A stretch of DNA of 64,000 nt, taken from Planctomycetota bacterium (GTDB lineage Bacteria > Planctomycetota > UBA1135 > GCA-002748355). Each line of letters starts with the position of its first letter. Within the stretch, counting starts at the first letter, position 1. Location of the stretch: positions 222,385-286,384 of the forward strand of contig JAWKUM010000003.1 of assembly GCA_041398545.1 (NCBI GenBank), given 5' to 3'. A model generated the notes under the pieces. The model had not been told where the DNA came from and did no database searches. It saw nothing but the letters and a program-made list of their open reading frames with translations. Below, one piece after another: positions 1 through 8,288 of the stretch. The position numbers and the translations under genes were made by a program.

Positions 1-2143
1 CGCCGCCCTTGACGACGACGTTGCGCATGGCCTCGTCGAGCGCGGCCTCGGCCATCGCGGCCGGGTCGAGCCGCGAGTAGCGCGGGTTGAGGCCGGTGCC
101 GACGGCGAAGCCGAGCGGGCTGTCGGACGACGGGGCGAGCACGGCGCCGTCGCCGGGCCCCCTCTGGCGCGGGCCGGCGAAGGGCTTGGCCGCCGACATG
201 CCCTGGACCTCGTGGTCGTACTGGCGCGTGATCCACTCACGGCTGCAGACCGCGAGGTCGCCGAGGACGCCGGTGAGCTCGGCGCCGAGGTCGAGGCCGT
301 TCGTCGCGACGGGCTCGCCGGGCTCCCGGCCCCGCCACACGGCCTCGCGCCGGAGCCGCGGCACGCCGTCGTGCAGGAAGCCCATGTCGAGGTCGCAGAG
401 CTCCTTGCCCTCGTGGGCGATCCGGAGCCGGCCGTCGCCGGTGAACTCGCCGAGCACGGCGGTCTCGACCTCGTACTTGGCGAAGACCTCGCGGAAGGCC
501 TCGACCTTGGCCGGCGGCACGGCGAAGACCATCCGCTCCTGGGCCTCGCTGATCCAGATCTCGGTCGGCGTCAGGCCGGCGTACTTGAGCGGCGCGGTCG
601 AGAGCTCGACCGAGGCGCCGACCTTCTCGCCCATCTCGCCGACGGCCGACGAGAAGCCGCCGGCCCCGCAGTCGGTCACGGCGTGGTAGAGGTTGCGGTC
701 GCGGGCCTCGAGCATGGCGTCGGCGACCTTCTTCTCGGTGATCGGGTCGCCGATCTGCACGGCCCCCGACGACACGGTCTCGCTCTCCTCGTGTAGCTCG
801 ACCGACGAGAACGTCGCGCCGTGGATGCCGTCGCGGCCGGTGCGACCGCCGGCGCAGAGGATCAGGTCGCCGGGCTCGGCGGCCTTGAACACCTTGGACC
901 GGGGCAGGATGCCGACCGTGCCGCAGTAGACGAGCGGGTTGCCGACGAAGCCCTCGTCGAAGTGGACCGCGCCGGTGACCGTCGGGATGCCCATCGGGTT
1001 GCCGTAGTCGCGGACGCCGGCGACGACGCCGTCGAGCACCCGGGCCGGGTGCAGCGTCCCGGGCGGCAGGGCCGCGTCGTCGTGGTCGGGGGGCGCGACG
1101 CAGAACACGTCGAGGTTGCACAGCGGCCGCGCGCCCAGCCCGGTGCCGAGGATGTCGCGGATCACGCCGCCGACGCCGGTCCCGGCGCCGCCGAACGGCT
1201 CGATCGCCGAGGGGTGGTTGTGGGTCTCGACCTTGATGCACAGGCAGTCGCGCCCGTCGAGGTCGACGACGCCGGCGTTGTCGACGAACACCGACACGCA
1301 CCACGGGCGGTCGAGCTCGGTGGTCACCGCCGCGATCGTCTCGCGCAGGAGGTTGCCGTACTCGCGGGTCTCGCCGGTCGTCTCGTCGCGGAACACGACG
1401 TTGCCGGTCAGCGTCTTGTGCTTGCAGTGCTCGGACCAGGTCTGGGCCAGGGTCTCGAGCTCGGTCAGCGTCGGCGCCCGGCCGAGGCCGTCGAAGTGGG
1501 CCTGGATCGCGCGCATCTCGGCGAGGTTGAGCGACAGGCAGCCGCGCTCGCTGAGCTCGCGCAGGGCGTCGTCGCCGAGGCCGGCGATCGGGACCTCGAC
1601 GCGGCCCTCCCGCGCCGCCCGCCCCGGGTCGGGCAGGCCCGGGGGCAGGGCGTCGACGAGGACCTCCTCGATGACCTCGTTGGCCAGCTCCCGGCCGATG
1701 GCGGCCAGGCGGTCGCGGGCGGCGGCGTCGCCGCCGGCCAGCGGCAGCAGCCAGCTCCGGTAGGTCGCGACGACGTCGGCCTCGATGCCGAGCTCGTCGA
1801 GGGCCTCGCGGGCCGAGCGGGCGACCGGGTCCATGACCCCGGGCAGGCGGCGCACGACGAGGCGGTGGGCCCCGGCGTAGCCCGGCCACAGGTTGGTGGC
1901 CTCGGCCGCGTCCCCGCCGGCGGCGAACACGCGGAAGTCGTCGCTGATCGGGTCGGCCAGGAGCTCGCGGCCGGCGCGCTCGGCGGCGGCCTCGGGCAGT
2001 CGTCCCGGGAGGAGGTAGCCGCGCAGCGGGAGGGGGCGGCCGGAGAGCTCCAGGCCGAGGGCGGCGAGCCGCTCGGCGAGGGGGGCCGCCGCCGGGTCCT
2101 CCCACGGCTCCCGGACCGCGACCTCGACGCACCAGGCTTCCAT
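1..2143 (-). CDS. purL: Phosphoribosylformylglycinamidine synthase II (PurL); the 3' end runs off the window
   Basis: Absent from the ORF track because there is no stop inside the window. Manual minus-strand translation from the ATG at 2143-2141 gives MEAWCVEVAVREPWED... and contains the PurL signatures AQTWSEHCKHKT and VETHNHPSAIEPFGGAGTGVGGVIRD. G/C third-position bias is strong in this frame. Confidence 0.9.
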   Translation of the reverse strand, partial: MEAWCVEVAVREPWEDPAAAPLAERLAALGLELSGRPLPLRGYLLPGRLPEAAAERAGRELLADPISDDFRVFAAGGDAAEATNLWPGYAGAHRLVVRRLPGVMDPVARSAREALDELGIEADVVATYRSWLLPLAGGDAAARDRLAAIGRELANEVIEEVLVDALPPGLPDPGRAAREGRVEVPIAGLGDDALRELSERGCLSLNLAEMRAIQAHFDGLGRAPTLTELETLAQTWSEHCKHKTLTGNVVFRDETTGETREYGNLLRETIAAVTTELDRPWCVSVFVDNAGVVDLDGRDCLCIKVETHNHPSAIEPFGGAGTGVGGVIRDILGTGLGARPLCNLDVFCVAPPDHDDAALPPGTLHPARVLDGVVAGVRDYGNPMGIPTVTGAVHFDEGFVGNPLVYCGTVGILPRSKVFKAAEPGDLILCAGGRTGRDGIHGATFSSVELHEESETVSSGAVQIGDPITEKKVADAMLEARDRNLYHAVTDCGAGGFSSAVGEMGEKVGASVELSTAPLKYAGLTPTEIWISEAQERMVFAVPPAKVEAFREVFAKYEVETAVLGEFTGDGRLRIAHEGKELCDLDMGFLHDGVPRLRREAVWRGREPGEPVATNGLDLGAELTGVLGDLAVCSREWITRQYDHEVQGMSAAKPFAGPRQRGPGDGAVLAPSSDSPLGFAVGTGLNPRYSRLDPAAMAEAALDEAMRNVVVKGG

Positions 2144-2276
2144 GGCGGCCATGTTGGCGGGGTCCTGGGCGCGTTCAAGGGTGCTGGAGCGGGGGCCCGA
2201 CCCTGGTCGCGCTCAAGCCGCGACCCCTCCGGCCGTTCATCCCTCCAGGGAGGATCGCCCTCACCAGGACACCGCG

Positions 2277-2783
2277 ATGAGCGAGCTCAGAGGCATTCCC
2301 GAACCCGGACCCATCGGCGAGGGCCGAGGCGATGCCGGTGCGGACTGGTCGCGGCGCCGCGGCCAGCGGGACGGCGAGCGCACGCAGAGCCGGCTCATCA
2401 AGGGCGAAGACCGCGTGACCCTGTCGCCGCCGGCCGAGGGCGCGCTGGCCATCTTCCGCGACTGCGTGCTCCGCTCGGTCGAGCAGGAGCTGGCCCTGGG
2501 GGGCCGGGAGCGGTCCGCGTTCCCGGGCACGGACGGCGAGGTCGAGCCCCGGCAGGCCGCCGACCACCTCTGCGCCGAGCTCGGCGCGCTGCTGCAGAAG
2601 GCCCGGTCCGAGGCCCGCCTCCAGGCCGACAACCGCCTGCTGTCGGCCGCCCGGCGCGGGACCGAGGACGCCGTGTCCCTGCTGGGACAGCTCGGGTTGC
2701 TCGACGGCGTGGGCGGGGAGAGCGTCAGCGCCCTGCTCGAGGGCTGGGCCGAGCGCCTCGACCGGCTCGTCGGCCAGGGTTAG
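2277..2783 (+). CDS. Hypothetical protein
   Basis: Internal ATG (MSELRGIPEPG...) of track ORF 2142..2783. The composition looks coding (ALAIFRDCVLRSVEQELALGG...LLEGWAERLDRLVGQG). No family motif recognised. Confidence 0.5.
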   Translation: MSELRGIPEPGPIGEGRGDAGADWSRRRGQRDGERTQSRLIKGEDRVTLSPPAEGALAIFRDCVLRSVEQELALGGRERSAFPGTDGEVEPRQAADHLCAELGALLQKARSEARLQADNRLLSAARRGTEDAVSLLGQLGLLDGVGGESVSALLEGWAERLDRLVGQG

Positions 2784-2805
2784 GGGCCGGGTCGGGCCCG
2801 GTCCT

Positions 2806-3174
2806 TCAGTCGGCGACGGCCGAGAGGCGCTGCTGCACGAAGCGGTCGATGGCCCGCAGGTGGTCGCCCGGGACGTGCGTGAAGAAGATCGCGATGTCGT
2901 AGCCCTTGGGCACGCGCTCGCAGCGCACGACCGCACCCTCGAGGTCGACCGGCGCGCCGGCCATCTCGAAGCCGAGCTTGACCAGGGTCATCTCGGGGAT
3001 CGGGTGCGAGAACGAGAAGCGCATGCCGTTGGTCGAGATGTCGCGCAGGTGGCCCGAGCCCTCGGAGCCGAGCGCGTCGAGGCGGATCGGGATCTCGGCC
3101 GCCGCGCGCGGGGCACGACGGCGCTCTGGACCTGTGGGCTTGGAGCTCGACGACGAGGTGGCGCTCAAGGGCAT
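2806..3174 (-). CDS. PilZ domain protein (putative c-di-GMP receptor)
   Basis: Distal part of track ORF 2806..3387, starting at MPLSATSS. It has the canonical PilZ motifs RRRAPR (RxxxR) and DISTNG (D/NxSxxG), followed by beta-barrel-like sequence. Confidence 0.75.
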   Translation of the reverse strand: MPLSATSSSSSKPTGPERRRAPRAAAEIPIRLDALGSEGSGHLRDISTNGMRFSFSHPIPEMTLVKLGFEMAGAPVDLEGAVVRCERVPKGYDIAIFFTHVPGDHLRAIDRFVQQRLSAVAD

Positions 3175-3398
3175 CCTCCGTTGGAGAGGGAGACGAGGAA
3201 CGTCGCTCGGGCACGACGATAGCAGGAGAGGTCCGGGGCGGGAACCTCGGGCGTCCCGAAGGCGGACGCGGTCGTCTTGGACTCCCGTTGGGCCGCGGCT
3301 AGGATCGCGGCTCCGGAGTCGGGCCTGGCACCGACCCGGACCCGCGCGCCCCTCCCGGCGCGTGGGCGTCGCCCCGACCTGCAGCACGGAGACCGGAC

Positions 3399-3845
3399 AT
3401 GGCCAACTTCAACAAGGTGCTCCTGATGGGCAACCTGACCCGCGACCCCGAGGTCCGCACGACGCAGGGCGGGACGCAGGTGGCCAAGTTCGGCATGGCC
3501 GTCAACCGCAAGTTCACGGCCAACGGCCAGACCCAGGAGCAGACCTGCTTCGTCGACTGCACCGCCTTCGGCCGGCAGGCCGAGGTCCTGGCCCAGTACA
3601 TGCGCAAGGGCCGGGGCCTGTTCATCGAGGGCCGCCTCGAGTACCAGACCTGGACCGACCAGCAGGGCGGCAAGCGGTCCAAGCACGAGGTCATCGTCGA
3701 GAACTTCCAGTTCCTCGGCCAGGGCCAGGGTCAGGGTCAGGGCCAGGGCGGCGGGGGCCGGCAGGGGGCGGGGGCCCCGGACGAGGGCGGCTTCGGCAAC
3801 GGCGGCGGCTTCGGCTACGAGGCCGAGGGCGAGATCCCGTTCTGA
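3399..3845 (+). CDS. ssb: Single-stranded DNA-binding protein
   Basis: OB-fold N-terminus (MANFNKVLLMGNLTRDPEVR...), a Gly/Gln-rich linker and an acidic C-terminal tip ...EGEIPF typical of bacterial SSB. Confidence 0.95.
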   Translation: MANFNKVLLMGNLTRDPEVRTTQGGTQVAKFGMAVNRKFTANGQTQEQTCFVDCTAFGRQAEVLAQYMRKGRGLFIEGRLEYQTWTDQQGGKRSKHEVIVENFQFLGQGQGQGQGQGGGGRQGAGAPDEGGFGNGGGFGYEAEGEIPF

Positions 3846-3998
3846 GCCCGGATTGACGGCGCCGGGCGCCGCCGGATCCTGCCGACGACAAGGCCGGATC
3901 CGGGGCCGGGCGGCACTGCTCAAGTTCTGGACGCTCCGGGTCGATGTGGCCACAGGCACCGGGGCCCGATCCGCGTCCAGCAAGAGGAGAAGCCCGGC

Positions 3999-4776
3999 AT
4001 GGAACCCGATCCCGAGGTCCTTGCGACCCTCCAGGCCAAGGCCCGTCAGCAGTCGATCGACGAGCTGAAGGCCAAGGGCAAGACCAAGGTCAAGGTCATC
4101 CGGGCCAAGGACATCGCGGCCTTGATCCAGGAGGCCGTGCAGCGGGCGATCCAGGACTCCTCGCTTCTGACCCAGGACCAGGTCGAGGAGCTGACCCACA
4201 AGAGCAAGGCCGAATTCCAGGAGCTCCAGCAGCGCTGGCGCGAGCGGGAGCAGGCCGAGCGCGAGCGCGACGCCGAGATCGACCGCCTCCGCCAGGCCAA
4301 GGCCACGCTGCAGAAGCAGGTCGACGAGCTCGAGCAGCGGCTGCGCGGCGGCGCCCTGGCGGGGAGCCCCGCGGGGCCGCGGCCGGCGGCGAGGCCGCGG
4401 CCGGGGTCGACCAGAACATGCTGATGCTGCAGATGATGCAGCAGCTCATGGAGCTCAAGTCGCAGGCCTCCGCCCCGGCGCCCGCCGGCGGCGACTCCGA
4501 GGCCACGCTGGCATCGCGCCTGGACGCGATCGTCGGCTCCCTCGACAAGAAGCTCGAGAGCTTCGGCAAGAAGATCGGCGTCTCGAGCGCCGTCGACTCG
4601 GACGTCGACATGACCTCGCTGTTCGAGAGAGCTTCGACGTCGAGCTCGAGTCGAACATGGACGACGTCAAGGTCAAGACCAAGAAGGGCGGCGGCATCGG
4701 GGCCAACCTGGAGCGGATGAAGAAGCTCAGGGCGGCGACTGAGACACCCGGAGGCCGGCCCGCCAGGAAAGGGTAA
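3999..4776 (+). pseudogene. Coiled-coil protein interrupted by two apparent frameshifts (frame 0 -> 2 -> 1)
   Basis: RBS AGGAGA lies 8 nt upstream of the ATG at 3999. Coding-like sequence and high GC3 continue from track ORF 3999..4424 into the 3944..4720 frame (NMLMLQMMQQLMELKSQ...DKKLESFGKKIG...). After ~4625 they continue in the third frame (ESFDVELESNMDDVKVKTKKGGGIGANLERMKKL, stop 4774-4776). Confidence 0.55.
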
Positions 4777-4840
4777 AGGGCGGGCGGCAGACCCTCCGAT
4801 GCATGGATACGACACACCTCATTCCGGGGAGAAGCGAAGC

Positions 4841-5914
4841 ATGACCCACGAAGAGACCAACGAGGGGTTCCAGGACGCCACCGAGGGTTCGGCCGGCACC
4901 CAGACCTCTTCCGGGGCCTCGACCGAGAAGCTGCTCGGGAAGGGCCTCGACATCGGCACGGCCAACCTGGCCGCCGCCATCCAGGACCCTGACGGCGGCA
5001 TCCAGGTCACCGTCGAGCGGAACGCCTTCCTCGACATCAAGGCGGACGTCTACAGCAAGAACATGCTGACGAAGCTCAAGGTGCCCTACGTGGTGCACAA
5101 CGGCCAGATGATCGTCATCGGTCAGGCCGCCTTCGAGCTCGCCAACATCTTCTCGCGCGAGACCCGCCGCCCGATGAAGGACGGCCTGATCTCGCCGAAC
5201 GACGCCGACGCGCTCCCGATGATCAAGCTGATCATCGAGAAGGTCCTCGGCAACCCGGCCGAGGCGGGCGAGAACTGCTACTTCTCGGTCCCGGCCGAGT
5301 CGATCGACGCCGAGAACAACATCGTCTACCACCAGGGCCTGTTCGAGGGCATGCTGCGGAAGATGGGCTACAACGCCAAGGCGATCAACGAGGCCCACGC
5401 GGTCATCTTCGCCGAGCTGGCGGACAGCGACTTCACCGGCATCGGCCTGAGCTTCGGCGGCGGCATGGTCAACGCCTGCGTGGCCTACAAGACCATCCCC
5501 TGCCTGAGCTTCTCCGTCGCCCGCGGCGGCGACTGGATCGACATGAACGTCGCCAAGGTGCTCGGCATCAAGGCCAGCAAGGCGACGCACATCAAGGAGC
5601 AGAACATCGACATCCGGGACCCGAAGAACCGCGAGGAGGAGGCGGTCGCGATCTACTATCGCAACCTGATCCACTACCTCATGGAGAACCTCAAGGTCCG
5701 CTTCGAGGCCGGCTCGGACATGCCGACCTTCCCGGAGCCCGTCGACATCGTCTGCGCCGGCGGCACCTCGCTCGTGGGCGGCTTCATCGAGGTCTTCCGC
5801 GACGAGTTCTCCAAGATCAACTTCCCGATCCCGATCCGCGACGTGCGCCGCGCCGACGAGGCCCTGACCTCCGTCGCCAAGGGCTGCCTGGTCGCGGCCG
5901 CGATCGGCGAGTGA
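4841..5914 (+). CDS. Divergent actin-like ATPase (MreB/ParM/ASKHA superfamily)
   Basis: Track ORF 4799..5914. I prefer the ATG at 4841 (GGGAGA ~9 nt upstream). Actin-fold motifs: GLDIGTANL (phosphate 1), RRPMKDGLI (MreB-like), GIGLSFGGGMVN (phosphate 2), IVCAGGTSLVGGF (adenosine). Confidence 0.8.
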   Translation: MTHEETNEGFQDATEGSAGTQTSSGASTEKLLGKGLDIGTANLAAAIQDPDGGIQVTVERNAFLDIKADVYSKNMLTKLKVPYVVHNGQMIVIGQAAFELANIFSRETRRPMKDGLISPNDADALPMIKLIIEKVLGNPAEAGENCYFSVPAESIDAENNIVYHQGLFEGMLRKMGYNAKAINEAHAVIFAELADSDFTGIGLSFGGGMVNACVAYKTIPCLSFSVARGGDWIDMNVAKVLGIKASKATHIKEQNIDIRDPKNREEEAVAIYYRNLIHYLMENLKVRFEAGSDMPTFPEPVDIVCAGGTSLVGGFIEVFRDEFSKINFPIPIRDVRRADEALTSVAKGCLVAAAIGE

Positions 5915-5938
5915 GCCCAGCGCTTCTCCCGGGCTCGG

Positions 5939-5967
5939 GGCCCGCGCCGGCGTAGCCGGGGCGGGCC
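5939..5967 (+). terminator. Nested GC-rich hairpin downstream of the actin-like gene
   Basis: GGCCCGC-g-CCGGC-gta-GCCGG-g-GCGGGCC, 25 nt after the stop codon. No clear T-tract. Confidence 0.4.
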
Positions 5968-6030
5968 TCTGCACGTACCGGCGGCCCGAGGCCCTCCGGC
6001 GCGGCCGGCGCGGCGTGTAGGCTCACGGCG

Positions 6031-6720
6031 ATGAGGGTCACCGTGCTGCTGTTCGCCGCCTGCCGCGAGGCCGCGGGCCGGGACCGGGTCGAGCTCGAGC
6101 TCGACGCCGGGGCCGACCTCGCCGCCCTGCGCCGGACCCTGGTCGGCCGCTGGCCGGCCCTCGACCGGGTCCCGTTCGTGTTCGCCCACAACCTCGACTA
6201 CGCGGCGCCGGACACGCCGCTCGCCGAGGGCGACGAGGTCGCCCTCGTCCCGGCGATCAGCGGCGGCAGCGGCGAGGGGGGCGGCGCGGAGGCGCGGGTC
6301 GGCTTCGAGCTCGTCGAGGGGCCGCTCGACCCCCGCGCCCTCGAGGCCGAGGTCCGCCGCGACAGCGACGGGGCCGTCGTGACCTTCCTCGGCGTGACCC
6401 GGGACCACCACGAGGGCAGCCAGGTGCTCGGGCTGGCCTACGAGTGCTTCGAGGACATGGCCCGGCGCCGGATGCTGGCGATCCTCGCCGAGGTCCTGGC
6501 CGGCCACGAGCTCGGCCGCATCGCCGTCCGCCACCGCCTCGGCGAGGTGCCGATCGGCGAGGCCTCGGTCGTCGTCGTCGTCTCGGCCCCGCACCGCGGC
6601 CCGGCGTTCGACGCGGCGCGCGAGGTCATGGACCGGCTCAAGCGGGAGGTCCCGATCTTCCAGAAGGAGCGCCTCGCCGACGGCGGGGAGCGCTGGGTCG
6701 GGGAGCTGCCGCAGGCCTGA
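6031..6720 (+). CDS. moaE: Fused molybdopterin synthase: MoaD (sulfur carrier) + MoaE (catalytic subunit)
   Basis: The N-terminal ThiS/MoaD-like domain ends in ...VALVPAISGG. A Gly-rich linker follows, then a MoaE-like domain (DGAVVTFLGVTRDHHEG..., EASVVVVVSAPHRGPAFDA..., VPIFQKE). Confidence 0.85.
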   Translation: MRVTVLLFAACREAAGRDRVELELDAGADLAALRRTLVGRWPALDRVPFVFAHNLDYAAPDTPLAEGDEVALVPAISGGSGEGGGAEARVGFELVEGPLDPRALEAEVRRDSDGAVVTFLGVTRDHHEGSQVLGLAYECFEDMARRRMLAILAEVLAGHELGRIAVRHRLGEVPIGEASVVVVVSAPHRGPAFDAAREVMDRLKREVPIFQKERLADGGERWVGELPQA

Positions 6721-6794
6721 TCCGGGGCCGGGCTTTGGACTGGAAAGGGGCCAGGGGCTAGAACGGCGCGCTCGTTCCCGGAGCCAAGGATGGA

Positions 6795-8288
6795 GTGCGG
6801 ATGAATTTCACGAGCCGGACCGGGTCCCCGACGAGCGCCAAGACCGACATGCTCGTCCTGCTGCACCTCGAGGGGGAGAGGTGCGAGCCGCCGAAGGCCT
6901 TCGACGGGGCGCACAAGGCGGCCAAGGCCGCCGGCGACCTGCCGGGCGAGTTCCGCAAGCACTGCCTGCTGTACCCCGCGGGCCGCGCGAGCCAGAAGCG
7001 CGTGCTGCTGCTCTGCGCCGGGAGCGGCAAGAAGCTCGACGCCGAGCGCGTCCGCCGCCTCGTCGCCCACGCCGGCCGCCTCGCCGAGCAGTGCAAGGCC
7101 GGCGACTACGTCGTCGTGCCGTCCAAGGGCGTCCTCGACGCCGTCGACGCGGGGGCCCTCGGCGTCGCCGCGGGCGAGGGCGCGGTCCTCGGCGCGTACC
7201 GCTACGAGCACCCGACCGGCGACAAGCGCAAGCCGCTCGCGGTCAAGAAGGGCGCGCTGATGGCACCGACGGGCAAGGTCGCCAAGGCCCTGGCCGACGG
7301 CGTCAAGGCCGGCGCCGGCCGCGCCCGCTCGGTCTGCTTCGCCCGCGACCTGGGCAACAAGGGCGGCAACCTGCTCACGCCGTCGATCCTGGCCCGCGAG
7401 GCGCGCAAGCTCGCCGGCCCGGGCATCAAGGTCACCATCCTCGACGAGGCGCGCATGGCCAGGCTGGGCATGCACGCCCTGCTCGGCGTGTCCAAGGGCT
7501 CGGCCGAGCCGGCGCGGCTGATCGTGCTCGACTACAACCCCAAGGGGGCCAAGCAGACGCTCTGCGTCGTCGGCAAGGGCCTGACCTTCGACGCCGGCGG
7601 CATCTCGCTCAAGCCCTCGGCGGCCATGGACGAGATGCGCTACGACATGTGCGGCTCGGCCGCGGTCATGGGCCTGTTCCACGCCCTCGCGTCGGGCGCC
7701 GCGCGGTCGCGCTGCCGCGTCGTCGGCGTCATCGGCTCGAGCGAGAACCTCCCCGACGGCAAGGCCCAGAAGCCCGGCGACATCGTCACGGCCATGAACG
7801 GCAAGACGATCGAGGTCCTCAACACCGACGCCGAGGGCCGCCTCGTCCTGGCCGACGCCCTGTGCTACGCCGTCAAGAACTACGACCCCGACGCGATCGT
7901 CGACCTCGCGACGCTGACCGGCGCGGTCATCATCGCGCTGGGCCACGAGGTCGCCGCGGCCGTCGGCAACGACGACGGCCTCGTCGCCGAGGTCATGGCG
8001 GCCGGCGAGCGGGCCGGCGACCGGCTGTGGCAGCTCCCGCTGTGGGACGTGCACCGCCAGCAGATGAAGGGCCGCTACGCCGACCTGCGCAACATCAACT
8101 CGGGCAAGGCGGACGGCAACGGCACGATCGCCGGCGCCGCCTTCCTCGAGTACTTCGTCGACGGCCGGCCCTGGGTCCACCTCGACATCGCGGGCACGGC
8201 GTGGGGCGCCAAGGCCAAGGACTACTACCAGAGCGGCGCGACCGGCTTCGGCGTCCGCGCCCTGGTCGAGTGGGTCGGCGCGCGCTGA
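6795..8288 (+). CDS. pepA: Leucyl aminopeptidase (M17)
   Basis: M17 signatures VGKGLTFDAGGISLKP and NTDAEGRLVLADAL. Full-length, 497 aa. Confidence 0.92.
   Translation: MRMNFTSRTGSPTSAKTDMLVLLHLEGERCEPPKAFDGAHKAAKAAGDLPGEFRKHCLLYPAGRASQKRVLLLCAGSGKKLDAERVRRLVAHAGRLAEQCKAGDYVVVPSKGVLDAVDAGALGVAAGEGAVLGAYRYEHPTGDKRKPLAVKKGALMAPTGKVAKALADGVKAGAGRARSVCFARDLGNKGGNLLTPSILAREARKLAGPGIKVTILDEARMARLGMHALLGVSKGSAEPARLIVLDYNPKGAKQTLCVVGKGLTFDAGGISLKPSAAMDEMRYDMCGSAAVMGLFHALASGAARSRCRVVGVIGSSENLPDGKAQKPGDIVTAMNGKTIEVLNTDAEGRLVLADALCYAVKNYDPDAIVDLATLTGAVIIALGHEVAAAVGNDDGLVAEVMAAGERAGDRLWQLPLWDVHRQQMKGRYADLRNINSGKADGNGTIAGAAFLEYFVDGRPWVHLDIAGTAWGAKAKDYYQSGATGFGVRALVEWVGAR

Noticed and set aside
237-2132. 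631-aa minus-strand ORF and several other long ORFs overlapping purL (821..2902 +, 1465..2178 -)
   Set aside because: They have extreme Arg/Pro/Gly composition and no motifs, and they are out of frame with the clearly recognisable purL reading frame. These are shadow ORFs typical of very high-G+C DNA.
4799-4840. Upstream ATG at 4799 as the start of the actin-like gene
   Set aside because: No RBS precedes it, whereas the ATG at 4841 has GGGAGA at a suitable distance. The longer form cannot be excluded without N-terminal data.
5915-6030. Moco riboswitch upstream of the moaD-moaE fusion
   Set aside because: The gap is only ~116 nt and is largely taken up by the terminator-like hairpin of the upstream gene. 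No Moco-motif features were recognisable by eye. A covariance-model scan (Rfam RF01055) would be needed to settle this.
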